A DNA stretch of 64,000 bases from an uncultured Candidatus Peribacteria bacterium (GCA_964641555.1 CAZXKA010000004.1:30886-94885), one strand, 5' to 3'. Shown: positions 33,501 to 43,134, counted from the stretch's first letter. Program-made: numbers and translations. Notes: generated by a model not told the origin, from the sequence alone.

Positions 33501-35170
33501 TAGGGAGTAACGGCCCACGTGACATCTCCACCAAACGGGATTCCTTCTTCTAACCAGTTGAACTGCCCCGAATCATCGCCCCAAACGAAGGAACCAGCAT
33601 CGCCGATCCTGCCGCGATCCTCGACCGCCACCGTCATCTGACCGTTCCCCGAACCCGCGAGCGCGACATCGGCATACACCGACACGAGCAAACCGTCGCC
33701 CGGAATCCACGAGTGGCCTTCGTGCATCGACGCGCAGACGACGCGCGAGACGCCGAGCTTCTCGATGCCGCAGTCCACCAGTTCGCCGGAGGTCGCGTCA
33801 CCCGCGCGTATGTTCGAGACGGTCACGTTCGTCGTCGTGAGCAGGAATTCCATGCCGCGCACGAACATCGCGCCGCCTGTCGCCGTTTCAGCGTCGAACA
33901 AGATGGAGGCGATCTGTCGCTGTGCCCCGGCCTGGAGCGTGCCGGAGGCCTGCAAGACGCTTTTCGCCTGCGTGATGCGCCCGAAGGCCGTTTGATGCAC
34001 GGGATACACCTGGTTATCGAGCAGGAGGAACTTCGTGTTGCCCGAGGTCGATCCTTCGGATTGGATCGTGAAGCTCTCGATTTCCACGAGCTGGTTCGAG
34101 GAGCCCCCGCCGTCTTTGGGGAAGAGATCGAACCGGACGCCGACCCTCACCGGCGTATTGGCCGGGAACGCGAACGTGCTCTCGGGCGTGATCGCTTCCC
34201 ACTTCCGTTCATCGGCGTTATCGCTCGTCGCGGGGAGGAGTTCCGTAATCACGTCACCGTCTTCTTCCACGAGGTACACCTTGCTGATCGATGTGATTTC
34301 GCGGCGCAACACGAGACGCGCGATGCGCAGGACGGAGGCTTCGTCGCTGCTGGTGACGGTGCCGCCGAGTATGAGCGGCGTACGCTTGCCCGCGACGAGG
34401 AAGCTGTTTTTGGCGGGGAAGAGGGAAGCGGAGGAGACGGAGGATGAGGAAGACGAGGATGACGAAGACGAGACCGAGGAGGACGAGGATTCCGATGAAA
34501 CCGAAGAGGAAGACGACGAGGACTCCTCACCGAATTGGCCGCGTTCCGCGCGGCGGTACGCTTCCAGTTCGCCGTTCTCTTCCGCGACGAAGGCCGCCGC
34601 GAGGCGCGCCATCTGGCCGCGCGTCAGCTCATGCGCGGGATCCGTGCTTACCGGCAAGGACACGCCACGTTCTTCCGCGGCGAGAATGTACGCGCGATAC
34701 CACGCCCAGCGTTCGTTCTCAGGCGGTTCGGGCAGGTCATAGTCGAAGAGCTCAACGAGAATCTTCACGGCTTCCGCGTAGTTCACCGACCGTTCGGGAT
34801 GGAAGAGTCCGTCGGGATTGCCCTCGACGATGCCGTTGCTCTTGGCGAAGCAGATGAACGGACTGAACCATACGTCCGACGGTACGTCTGGAAAGCAATT
34901 GTCGGAATCGCCGATATCCAGTTCCGAATTCCCTTTGCTCAACAGAGCGATCTTGACGAACTCCGCGCGGTTCAACGTACGATCCGCGGCGAACGTGCCG
35001 TCGGGGTTGCCCGCCACCGCGCCGATGTCCGTGAGGACGCTGATCGCCGCGCGCTCGGAGACCGAGAGCTCGGAGTAATCGTCGTACCGCTTGGCGCCGT
35101 CCTCGAAGTCGAGGGCGAACGCGAGGGCGGGGAGGAGAACCAAGGATGCGGCGAGGGTGGTGCGCTTCAT
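33500..35170 (-). CDS. SLH-domain surface protein with Ser-rich linker
   Basis: Signal MKRTTLAASLVLLPALAFA. SLH repeats (AGNPDGTFAADRTLNRAEFVKIAL; FPDVPSDVWFSPFICFAKSNGIVEGNPDGLFHPERSVNYAEAVKILV). Poly-Ser linker and a beta-rich C-terminal half. Confidence 0.85.
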   Translation of the reverse strand: MKRTTLAASLVLLPALAFALDFEDGAKRYDDYSELSVSERAAISVLTDIGAVAGNPDGTFAADRTLNRAEFVKIALLSKGNSELDIGDSDNCFPDVPSDVWFSPFICFAKSNGIVEGNPDGLFHPERSVNYAEAVKILVELFDYDLPEPPENERWAWYRAYILAAEERGVSLPVSTDPAHELTRGQMARLAAAFVAEENGELEAYRRAERGQFGEESSSSSSSVSSESSSSSVSSSSSSSSSSSVSSASLFPAKNSFLVAGKRTPLILGGTVTSSDEASVLRIARLVLRREITSISKVYLVEEDGDVITELLPATSDNADERKWEAITPESTFAFPANTPVRVGVRFDLFPKDGGGSSNQLVEIESFTIQSEGSTSGNTKFLLLDNQVYPVHQTAFGRITQAKSVLQASGTLQAGAQRQIASILFDAETATGGAMFVRGMEFLLTTTNVTVSNIRAGDATSGELVDCGIEKLGVSRVVCASMHEGHSWIPGDGLLVSVYADVALAGSGNGQMTVAVEDRGRIGDAGSFVWGDDSGQFNWLEEGIPFGGDVTWAVTP

Positions 35171-35238
35171 AGGGCCACAGTATACCACTCAACGGACACC
35201 GCTCGTTGGCCGCATCGCAAAAAAGACGTAGAATATCC

Positions 35239-35460
35239 ATGCTTCTTTCCCGCTCCACGATGAATCAGCACTCCTGGCTCTATTCGGATTCGTTCCTGAA
35301 GCGCGCGTTCGCGATCTGGGGGCATTACTTCGTGGCGAACCTGATCATCGCCGCCATCGCATTCTCGATCGCGTTCCTCGTCGCCGTCACGTTCGGCTTG
35401 AACCTGGCGCAGATCGCTCCGCAAAATGACGGAGGGGTGAACGTGCAGGTAGGACGGTGA
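35239..35460 (+). CDS. small membrane protein (73 aa)
   Basis: WLYSDSFLKRAFAIWGHYFVANLIIAAIAFSIAFLVAVTFGL. Start uncertain (35239 or 35260). Confidence 0.5.
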   Translation: MLLSRSTMNQHSWLYSDSFLKRAFAIWGHYFVANLIIAAIAFSIAFLVAVTFGLNLAQIAPQNDGGVNVQVGR

Positions 35461-35470
35461 GAGAGATGTC

Positions 35471-35545
35471 GGCCCCGTAGTTCAACAGATAGAACGGCCC
35501 TCTCCTAAGGGGCAAATGCTGGTGCGATTCCAGCCGGGGCTACCA
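35471..35545 (+). tRNA. tRNA-Arg(CCU), atypical D and T loops
   Basis: GGCCCCG-TA-GTTC-AACAGATA-GAAC-G-GCCCT-CTCCTAA-GGGGC-AAAT-GCTGG-TGCGATT-CCAGC-CGGGGCT-A-CCA. The cloverleaf folds. The D loop lacks GG and the T loop has G at position 55. Confidence 0.75.
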
Positions 35546-35567
35546 CGCTCTACAATCATCATCATCA

Positions 35568-36053
35568 TTGGCGGACATCTACGAATTTTTGCAGAGGCAG
35601 GGCATTGCGTACGAAACGTGCGAACATCCTGCCGTGTTCACCTGTGAAGAAGCGGACATGCTGGTGCCGCCGCTGCCCGGAGAACGAACCAAGAACCTGT
35701 TTCTTCAGGAGAAAAGCGGCAGGTTGATACTCGTCGTGGTCGGGCATGGGAAGCGCGTGGACCTGAAAGCGTTGGGCAAGGAGCTCCATGCGAAAGACCT
35801 GCACTTCGCATCGCCGGAAACGCTGAAGCGACATTTGGGGGTCGAACCCGGGTCCGTCACGGTGTTGGGGCTTCTGGCCGATACGTCGTGCACGGTCGAG
35901 GTCGTCATCGATGCAACCGTATGGAACGCGGAACGCATTCAATGCCACCCGCTCGTCAACACCGCAACGGTCGTCCTCTCCCATGCCGGCCTCGACGCGT
36001 TCCTCCGCGCGACACGCCATCACGCGAAGGTTCTGGACGTTCCCGCACGGTAA
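35568..36053 (+). CDS. YbaK/ProX-type aminoacyl-tRNA deacylase domain protein
   Basis: 161 aa, TTG start. TKNLFLQEKSGRLILVVVGHGKRVDLKAL...LGVEPGSVTVLGL...IQCHPLVNTATV. Confidence 0.88.
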   Translation: MADIYEFLQRQGIAYETCEHPAVFTCEEADMLVPPLPGERTKNLFLQEKSGRLILVVVGHGKRVDLKALGKELHAKDLHFASPETLKRHLGVEPGSVTVLGLLADTSCTVEVVIDATVWNAERIQCHPLVNTATVVLSHAGLDAFLRATRHHAKVLDVPAR

Positions 36054-36069
36054 ATCCCGCGTACCGCGC

Positions 36070-36768
36070 CTATCGAACGACGTATTTCTGCGTCCGCGCG
36101 TCATAGCGCAATTCTCCGCCTTTCCCTTCAAGAAACTCGAGAATCCTCGCTGCCAATCTCTCCGTCGTTTCCATGCGCCGTTCCTTCTCCTCCAGTGCCT
36201 TGCCATGCACGCCGAAACGCGCGAGCGGCGTATCGACCGGCCCCGGGAAGAGAATTTTCACGACGTACCGGGGCTCTTGTTGCGCGATGTTTCTCGCCAG
36301 TTCCGCAGCCGCTTGCTTGGCAAGGGCGTACAGTCCCGGATCCGACGATCGGCGCAGTGCATGCACGGAGGACATTTGCACGATCATCGCGTCGCGTGCC
36401 AGCTTGGCATGCGCCCCGCGAAGCATGAGCCACGACCCTTTGACATGAACACCGAACAAGGCATCGAAATCTTCCTCGGACGCATCGAAGATCGTGCCCC
36501 TCCGCATCACACCCGCGTTGTTGATGAGAACGTGCACCGGTCCGGGTATTCCTTCCATACCCTTTCGCACGTCCTCCTCGTTCGTGATATCGGCCACGAT
36601 ACCGTGCACGCCGCTCACCCGCACGGGAAACGGCGCCCGGTCGAAGGAGTACACCGTATTCCCACTCGCAGCGAACCGCTCCGCAAGCGCCAAGCCGATG
36701 CCGCTGCTCCCGCCCGTCAGAACGATCGTTTTATCGCGCATCGCCGTTGCCGCAGTCGTCGCGCTCAT
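36070..36768 (-). CDS. short-chain dehydrogenase/reductase (SDR)
   Basis: KTIVLTGGSSGIGLALA, NNAG, YALAKQA catalytic motif. ATGA overlap with the upstream gene. Confidence 0.9.
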   Translation of the reverse strand: MSATTAATAMRDKTIVLTGGSSGIGLALAERFAASGNTVYSFDRAPFPVRVSGVHGIVADITNEEDVRKGMEGIPGPVHVLINNAGVMRRGTIFDASEEDFDALFGVHVKGSWLMLRGAHAKLARDAMIVQMSSVHALRRSSDPGLYALAKQAAAELARNIAQQEPRYVVKILFPGPVDTPLARFGVHGKALEEKERRMETTERLAARILEFLEGKGGELRYDARTQKYVVR

Positions 36769-37853
36769 TCGAGTAAGCTGCGAATCTTCATCGTATCGAT
36801 GACCCGATCGAAGCGCCGTCCTCCGAAGAGGAGTGTCGGAATTTTGATCGTTCGAATCCGCTCTTCCACGATCGCTCGCTGCGCATTCAGGCTCGTCGTC
36901 ACTTCTTCCGAAACGACAAGCGCCTCGATGCGCTCGATCTCCGCCGCATCGTATCCGATTTCGCCAAGGAGCCGCGCGAGAGTTCGCTCGGCATCCGCCT
37001 TCGTCATGCCGATATTGAATTTCGTCTGGAGATCCACGTCGTTCCCTTCGGGCTCCGCGAACACTTTCCCAAGGAGTTGCCAATCGGGAGCCACGGACGC
37101 ATCGCCATCGGTCAGCGGCACCCTCTTGACCGCTTCGATATACGAAGCCATGAGGAAGGAATGCGGGAACTTGTATCCTCCTGTTCCGCTTTTTTTGATC
37201 GGATAGAGGAGATACGAGACATTCACCGCATCCATCGCCCCCGCCTCCTTCATGTTTCGGGTAAGCTTCTTGCAAAACGTGCAGCCCGGATCGATCACCT
37301 CCAACGCGTAGGGTTTGGATGCTTCGAACGGACGATAATACGTGGCGCTCGGACCCAAATACTCCTTCGCATCCCACGCCTTGAGCCGGTCGGGAATGCG
37401 CGAGACCGTCTCCGCAAAGCGGAGGAAGGGCCCCGACACCCATTCCCCGATGCGGCGTTCTTCGACCGCTTGGAACAGGCCGAGGGATGCCCGATCGATG
37501 CCGCAGGCTTCTCCCGACAGCGAGCAGGATTCCGCGCTCCGAGGATCGCACGTGTCATACACCCACAGGTTGAGCCCGGCATTCGCCACGTACGCAAGAC
37601 TCCATATGCTCGCGACGACAAACGCAAAGGAGAGCCAGTCGATCCACCGATTGAGAAACCGCGCGAACCGCGGATGCGTGAAGATGAGTTTTCCCAGGAG
37701 CTTGCCCTTCATTTCCTCGGAGAAGCTGATATCGCACGGCCGGAAGGTCACGCGTCGCAGCACGCAATACCACGCCTTGGCCGCGAGCGGCCGGAAGCTC
37801 GCCGAGAACACGGCAAGGACGGCGAAGACGATGAAGGCGGCGATGCAAAACAT
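36765..37853 (-). CDS. membrane-anchored DsbA-like thioredoxin-fold protein
   Basis: Two N-terminal TM helices, extra Cys at positions 30, 40, 102, 110 and 117, then the thioredoxin motif PGCTFCKK and a DsbA-like C-terminus. Confidence 0.8.
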   Translation of the reverse strand: MFCIAAFIVFAVLAVFSASFRPLAAKAWYCVLRRVTFRPCDISFSEEMKGKLLGKLIFTHPRFARFLNRWIDWLSFAFVVASIWSLAYVANAGLNLWVYDTCDPRSAESCSLSGEACGIDRASLGLFQAVEERRIGEWVSGPFLRFAETVSRIPDRLKAWDAKEYLGPSATYYRPFEASKPYALEVIDPGCTFCKKLTRNMKEAGAMDAVNVSYLLYPIKKSGTGGYKFPHSFLMASYIEAVKRVPLTDGDASVAPDWQLLGKVFAEPEGNDVDLQTKFNIGMTKADAERTLARLLGEIGYDAAEIERIEALVVSEEVTTSLNAQRAIVEERIRTIKIPTLLFGGRRFDRVIDTMKIRSLLE

Positions 37854-39070
37854 CAGAGAGCGGTAAGAATTTTCCGAAGAGCGTCGAGGAACGCATCGAC
37901 GTGTGCCGGCGTATTGTACAGACCCAGCGAGACGCGGAGGAGCGGCGGAAGGTTGAGTTGATGCTGCAGATAGCTATGGCAACAGAAGTAGCCACTGCGG
38001 CACATGACGTTTCGTTCGGAGAGGTACAGCGCGAGCCGATGGGCATCGATCCCATCGACGTGAAAACTCACGATCGGGCTAGGCGCGCGATTGAACAACC
38101 GCACGCGGGAGTGGCGCTGCAACCCTTGAAAAAGCGCTTCTGCAAGCGTCTTTTCTCGATCCTTGCTCGCCTGCTGCGTCTCAAGCCACCGTACGGCTTC
38201 TCCGAGCCCCAGAATGCCGCCCCAGTTCTGGAGTCCCGCCTCCAGCACCGCGTGCGCCTCCGCCCCCTCGCGCAACAGCGAATAGCGTTCGCCATCGACG
38301 TCCGTCACCGTCCCGCCGCCGAGAAAAAACGGATCGAGCCGATCGAGGAGCGTGCGCTTGATGATGATGAATCCGAGGGAAGGACCGTACATTTTGTGCC
38401 CCGATCCGAATGCAGCATCGAAATCCGTATCGCGCAACCGCTCCGCATCATGGGCGAAACCCTGCGCCGCATCCACGAGGAGAATGCCTCCGTTCTCATG
38501 CGTCTCTTCCGCCAGCTGCCGCAGGTTCTGCGCCGCGCGACCGTCGATATTCGACATCGAATTGAGGAGAACGACGCTCCGCTCCAGCTCCGCGGGTTTG
38601 CAGTGCACGCTTCCGTCTTCGGAACGTCGCAGCACCAGACGCTCCGTGTTCCGCCGCTTTGCCCACGTCATCGACGGCAGATGCACCGAATTATGCTCGA
38701 TATCCGACGTGACGATTCTTGCGTAATCCTCGGATCGGAGCTGATGCAGGATCAGGTTGATTCCGTAGGTGGTATTGAGAGTGAAGGCGACGCAGTAATC
38801 CTTCTCGCTTTTGCCGGACATCCGCAGCAGGAGCTTCCGCGCATCCTGCACCTTCGCATCGACCATCGTTCCCCATGCGTACTTCACGCGGCCGCCGCAG
38901 GCGTTGTAGCGGCGGTAGTACTCGATCTCCGCGTCGATCACGGACTCCGGCCGCAGGGTCTGGCACGCGGAATCGAGGTAACAGGAATCCGCCTCCACAT
39001 AGGCGAAATCGCCCGCCGATCCCTGATCGGCTCGCGGGGATGCCGATGCGGCTTTCCTTGCTCGGAACAT
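37853..39070 (-). CDS. class V aminotransferase / cysteine desulfurase family
   Basis: 405 aa. PLP-lysine context FGSGHKMYGPSLG and SufS/CsdA-like layout. The stop overlaps the next start (TGATG). Confidence 0.9.
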   Translation of the reverse strand: MFRARKAASASPRADQGSAGDFAYVEADSCYLDSACQTLRPESVIDAEIEYYRRYNACGGRVKYAWGTMVDAKVQDARKLLLRMSGKSEKDYCVAFTLNTTYGINLILHQLRSEDYARIVTSDIEHNSVHLPSMTWAKRRNTERLVLRRSEDGSVHCKPAELERSVVLLNSMSNIDGRAAQNLRQLAEETHENGGILLVDAAQGFAHDAERLRDTDFDAAFGSGHKMYGPSLGFIIIKRTLLDRLDPFFLGGGTVTDVDGERYSLLREGAEAHAVLEAGLQNWGGILGLGEAVRWLETQQASKDREKTLAEALFQGLQRHSRVRLFNRAPSPIVSFHVDGIDAHRLALYLSERNVMCRSGYFCCHSYLQHQLNLPPLLRVSLGLYNTPAHVDAFLDALRKILTAL

Positions 39071-39127
39071 CGCGAGCCATCATGGCACTTGGGGAGCGCG
39101 AAATCAACGAAACGGACGGAGGGCGAC

Positions 39128-39703
39128 TCATGGCACTTGCCACTCCCGAATCGCCTCGATCGGGTACGCCAGCATGATCACGTTGAGCGTCAGGTTATCG
39201 CGGTAGAGCGCGAGCATGGCCAATTCGATCGCGACGACGACGAGCAGCGTCCACTGCCAGCGCAAGCGGTACGCGATCCAGAATCCCAGGAGCACGAACC
39301 CGATGTCGCCGAGCGAATTGAGAATGCTGTCGCCTTGGTAGTCCTGCGATGCCGTCGCTTCGCGGTAGCGGCTGATAATGATCGGGGAATTTTCGAGGAT
39401 TTCCCACGCGATTTCGATGAGGACCGACACGACCAGCCGCGCGCGGATCGACGACCGCCGGGCGATGAGCGTGAGCACCGCGAAGAAAATGATCCCGTGC
39501 AGAACGTGCGAGAGGGAATACGGATCGGCAAAGTGCTGCGACGTGTCGTTGGCCCATGTGTTCGGCGTCCAGAGACCGATGCCGCACACGCACGCCGGAA
39601 TACGACCCATCACATGCAGGATCACGGCATGCACCGCGAGCAACGCCGCGATCAATCCCCAGACGAATCCGTTGCGAACGAACGAACGACGGATATCGAT
39701 CAT
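39128..39703 (-). CDS. DUF2585/UPF0314 family membrane protein
   Basis: GRIPACVCGIGLWT...SQHFADPYSLSHVLHGIIFF...AWEILENSPIIISRYREAT...YRDNLTLNVIMLAYPIEAIREWQ matches my recollection of UPF0314 proteins. Confidence 0.85.
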   Translation of the reverse strand: MIDIRRSFVRNGFVWGLIAALLAVHAVILHVMGRIPACVCGIGLWTPNTWANDTSQHFADPYSLSHVLHGIIFFAVLTLIARRSSIRARLVVSVLIEIAWEILENSPIIISRYREATASQDYQGDSILNSLGDIGFVLLGFWIAYRLRWQWTLLVVVAIELAMLALYRDNLTLNVIMLAYPIEAIREWQVP

Positions 39704-39709
39704 GCAATC

Positions 39710-39715
39710 ATGCTA
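39710..39715 (-). promoter_or_regulatory. -10-like TAGCAT 6 nt upstream of ATG 39703 (leaderless candidate)
   Basis: Minus strand TAGCAT-gattgc-ATG. Confidence 0.35.
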
Positions 39716-39726
39716 CCACGCCGTCC

Positions 39727-40221
39727 TTATTCCTCCATCAACTGCGGATACCGCTCGGTGAGCACTTGCTCCAACCGCGCGACGTACTCATTCGCCAAAC
39801 GCTCGCCCTCTTCCGCCTTCGCCGTCATCTCGTTCGCCTTCGCCTCGGTCGCGGTCGACGGGTCCTCAGCGATGCCGCGGATGATTTCCACGGCGGCGAT
39901 CATTTCGCCCATCGACTGTACCAAGAGCGGGTGGACGTCGGCCAGCGCGGGCGGCACCGACATCTCCCGCGCTTCGTCGCGCAGGTGCGTGAGGGATTCC
40001 GCGATCGTCGCGAGTTCCTGCTTCGCCGCGTCGGACCACTGCAGCGGATCGTCCTGCACGTTCATGAGCGTTTCGAACTTCGCGCCGGCTTCCACCAACC
40101 GTTCGGCGATCGCTTGCGCCTCTTCGAAGTACGTCGCGATGGCGACTTCCTCGGAAGGAGTACACGCGACGAACGCAGTGGCACACACGACGAGAACGGA
40201 AACGGCGGATAGGCGCATCAT
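39727..40221 (-). CDS. helical lipoprotein, function unknown
   Basis: MMRLSAVSVLVVCATAFVAC has a lipobox-like FVAC, followed by an acidic helical domain. Confidence 0.75.
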   Translation of the reverse strand: MMRLSAVSVLVVCATAFVACTPSEEVAIATYFEEAQAIAERLVEAGAKFETLMNVQDDPLQWSDAAKQELATIAESLTHLRDEAREMSVPPALADVHPLLVQSMGEMIAAVEIIRGIAEDPSTATEAKANEMTAKAEEGERLANEYVARLEQVLTERYPQLMEE

Positions 40222-40240
40222 ACGAACGGGAGAAAATATA

Positions 40241-40771
40241 TCAGTCTTGGAGCACCACCACTTCGCGGCCTTCCTGCGGCAGCGCGCCCTTCAGCTTGTA
40301 TTCGGAAACCGTTTCCTTGCCCGCCGCACCCGTGACTTTCAGCACGTCCGCGCTGAGTTTTCCGTCGGCCGCGGGCGTCAGCACCAGCAGGCGCGGGTCG
40401 ATCTCCTCGAGCAATGTCTGGCAGTGTTTGGCGTCATCTGCCGGCAACACCAACACGTGGACGTCGCCCAGACGCTCGATGTCTTCCTGGGACCACTCTT
40501 CGACCGGACTCGAAACCACGGCCACGCGGAGATCCTCGATCTGCAACAAATACGATACTTGTTGCCCTTCTTTTTGACCGATGCCGCGGATCGCCACACC
40601 TGACACATCGTACTCGCCGGGCCAGGAGAGCACGGAGGCTTTGGGATTTTCTTCGGGAGTTGCAAGAAGACTAATGGCGTCGTTCACAGGCTTCTTGGGG
40701 AACGCGACGATCGTGATCGTGCCGTCCGTCAGCGAGACACTGGAACCGCCGAGGGATGTGATGGTCAGCAT
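40241..40771 (-). CDS. hypothetical protein (possibly degenerate MBL-fold)
   Basis: 176 aa. Beta-alpha pattern resembles small UPF0173-type hydrolases, but no HxHxDH motif was seen. Confidence 0.7.
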   Translation of the reverse strand: MLTITSLGGSSVSLTDGTITIVAFPKKPVNDAISLLATPEENPKASVLSWPGEYDVSGVAIRGIGQKEGQQVSYLLQIEDLRVAVVSSPVEEWSQEDIERLGDVHVLVLPADDAKHCQTLLEEIDPRLLVLTPAADGKLSADVLKVTGAAGKETVSEYKLKGALPQEGREVVVLQD

Positions 40772-40821
40772 GCGCGGAGAGTGTAACGGAAGCGGTGAAA
40801 CGCGACCAGCCTTTCGGATCG

Positions 40822-42105
40822 TCAGGATGCGGGAGAGGGATCGACGACCGTGCGTTCGATCTTCGCCCCGAGCGACCGCAGCTTCTCGTCGAGCTTATCG
40901 TACCCGCGCTCGATGTAGCGCACGTCGGTAATCGTCGTCTGACCTTCGGCACACAAACCCGCAAGCACCATCGCGGCGCCCGCCCGGATGTCGTTTGAAG
41001 CGACGATGCGGCCTTTGAGCGGCGTCGGACCGATGATGAGCGCCTGGTGCGAATTGAGAATTTCGATGTGCGCGCCCATTTTCTCCAACTCGTAGAGATA
41101 GGCGAGACGGCCTTCGAAGAGCGTTTCGAAAATGCGCGATACGCCCTTGGCCTGCGTCATCGCCACGCCCATCGGCGCCTGGAGGTCGGTCGGGAATCCG
41201 GGGAAGATCATCGTTTGGACCTTGCAGGCATTCAGGAACGACAATTCGCCGTCGACGAACATCGTCTTGTCCTCGGACGTGTATTTGAGGATGCCGCCCA
41301 TGCGGCGGATGACGTCGACGAAGATGCGCAGGTGGTCGATGTCGAAATCGCGGATACGGACCTTGCCGCGCGTCACGAGACCGGCGATCACGAGGCACCC
41401 GGCTTCGAGGTAGTCGAACGGCACGCGGTGCGTGACGGGTTTCGGCGTCTTCGTGCCGCGAATGACGAGCGTGTGCGTGCCGATGCCTTCGACCTCGGCA
41501 CCCATCGCCGCCGCCATACGGGCGCATTCCTGCACGTGCGGTTCACCCGCCGCGATGTCGATGCGCGTTTCACCCTCAAGCATCGCCGCGGCCCACAGCG
41601 CGTTCTCCGTCGCGGTCACCGAGAATTCCGGAAGAATCACGTGCGACGGCTGCAGTTGGCCTTGCAAATGCAGCACCTCCGGCGTGCTCATGTTGTTCGC
41701 ACCCATCTGCTCCAACGCCAGGACGTGCGCCTCGACCGGGCGCTTGCCGAGCACGCAGCCGCCGGGGTAGCTCATCTCGACGACGCCGAAGCGCACGAGG
41801 AGCGGACCGAGCAGCACGATGGATCCGCGCAGTTTCGAGACGTACTCGGCGGGGATGGGCTTGCTCTGGATGTTCGCGGTATCGATCGTCACCGTACCGT
41901 CGATGAACGACGTCGCGCATCCCAAAAATTCCAGAATTTGGAGCATGAGTTCCGTATCGCGCAGGCGAGGGACGTTCGTGAGCGTCGTGACGCCGTCGGC
42001 AATGAGCGCGCCGGCGATCATCGGCAGCGCCGCATTCTTGGACCCGCTCACCGTGACCTCCCCTTGAAGGGGATGCCCACCCGTGATCTGGTACCGGATA
42101 TCCAT
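40822..42105 (-). CDS. murA: UDP-N-acetylglucosamine 1-carboxyvinyltransferase
   Basis: 427 aa. MDIRYQITGGHPLQGEVTVSGSKNAALPMIAG, and the catalytic Cys context YPGGCVLGKRPV. Confidence 0.97.
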   Translation of the reverse strand: MDIRYQITGGHPLQGEVTVSGSKNAALPMIAGALIADGVTTLTNVPRLRDTELMLQILEFLGCATSFIDGTVTIDTANIQSKPIPAEYVSKLRGSIVLLGPLLVRFGVVEMSYPGGCVLGKRPVEAHVLALEQMGANNMSTPEVLHLQGQLQPSHVILPEFSVTATENALWAAAMLEGETRIDIAAGEPHVQECARMAAAMGAEVEGIGTHTLVIRGTKTPKPVTHRVPFDYLEAGCLVIAGLVTRGKVRIRDFDIDHLRIFVDVIRRMGGILKYTSEDKTMFVDGELSFLNACKVQTMIFPGFPTDLQAPMGVAMTQAKGVSRIFETLFEGRLAYLYELEKMGAHIEILNSHQALIIGPTPLKGRIVASNDIRAGAAMVLAGLCAEGQTTITDVRYIERGYDKLDEKLRSLGAKIERTVVDPSPAS

Positions 42106-42150
42106 GGGAGAGGAATTGTAGCGGAGACCTCCGTGGGAAACAGGGGTTCT

Positions 42151-43113
42151 TTAAGCAATTCCCAATGCAAATTCCTGCATAATCAGCGGTTTGTAGGCGT
42201 TCGTCTGCAGCCGAGCCGTCAAACGGCGCAATGCCTGGGCGCGGGGAACGGACATCGTCGGCGCCTTGCGCAGGGCCAACGCCAAGTGGAGGAGGAACCG
42301 TTCGGCATCGCCCCCCTTCTTTTCGAGCGGTGCGAGCAGCCGCAGGCGCTCGCTGAGCGACATCGGCCCCCAGAATGAAACGGCCTGGCCGTGCATGAGA
42401 CGCTCCTCGCGCAGGAGATCCGTGTCGGTCACGAGTTGCTTCGCCTTCCCCGGCGCGCCCTGCGCCACGTGCAACACGAACGCGCGGTCTTCCTCAGGCA
42501 AGGGTGCAACGATCGGCGCCAGCTTCGCATCGGGCACCCGATCGAACTTCATGACGCGCGTGCGGGAGACGATCGTCGGAAGGAGCGACGTTTCGGTGTC
42601 GGTCGTCAGGAGGAACACGCGGCCCTCCGGCGGTTCCTCGAGAATTTTCAAAAACGCGTTCGCGGCGGCGTCCTGCAGGCGGTCGATGCCGCGGATAAAG
42701 CACACGCGCCGCGTTCCGCTGCCCGTTTCGTGCAGTTTCTCTTGAATGATGCGCACGTCGTCGATCGAAATGATGTCACTGCGCATGACCGGCGCCTTGC
42801 GGCGGTGCGCCTGCGGAAGATTGGAAGACTCGGCGATGAGATCGAGATCTTCGCACAGGTCTTCGATCCACAATTGATCGAGCGACAAAAAATCCGGATG
42901 CAGCAAACGATCGATCTGTGACTCGGCCCGCGCGCGCTCTTCTTCGTCCAAATGCTCAGCGAGCAACTCCGTCGCGAACCACCGAGCCACGGTCGTTTTG
43001 CCGACGTGCGACGGCCCTGCGAACAAGTACGCATGCGACACGTTGCCCGATTGCCGATCGGTCTCCAGCTCCGCCAATTGCCGAGTGTGGCCGATGATGG
43101 AACTCTTCTCCAT
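42151..43113 (-). CDS. holB: DNA polymerase III delta' subunit
   Basis: HAYLFAGPSHVGKTTVARWFA, then the FLKILEEPP box. Confidence 0.9.
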   Translation of the reverse strand: MEKSSIIGHTRQLAELETDRQSGNVSHAYLFAGPSHVGKTTVARWFATELLAEHLDEEERARAESQIDRLLHPDFLSLDQLWIEDLCEDLDLIAESSNLPQAHRRKAPVMRSDIISIDDVRIIQEKLHETGSGTRRVCFIRGIDRLQDAAANAFLKILEEPPEGRVFLLTTDTETSLLPTIVSRTRVMKFDRVPDAKLAPIVAPLPEEDRAFVLHVAQGAPGKAKQLVTDTDLLREERLMHGQAVSFWGPMSLSERLRLLAPLEKKGGDAERFLLHLALALRKAPTMSVPRAQALRRLTARLQTNAYKPLIMQEFALGIA

Positions 43114-43134
43114 GGACGGTTATTCTACACCAAC

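Noticed and set aside
34380-34530. Highly repetitive DNA considered as a tandem repeat or CRISPR-like array. Similar stretches lie at 3440-3680 and 26690-26770.
   Set aside because: These are in-frame poly-Ser or Ser/Arg linkers inside long ORFs with flanking folded domains. There is no repeat-spacer periodicity.
37901-40603. The longest ORF in the window (900 aa, plus strand).
   Set aside because: It is Arg/Ala/Gly/His-rich with no motifs. It runs antisense to four well-supported minus-strand genes (cysteine desulfurase, DUF2585, lipoprotein, 40241-40771). It is a typical shadow ORF of GC-rich DNA.
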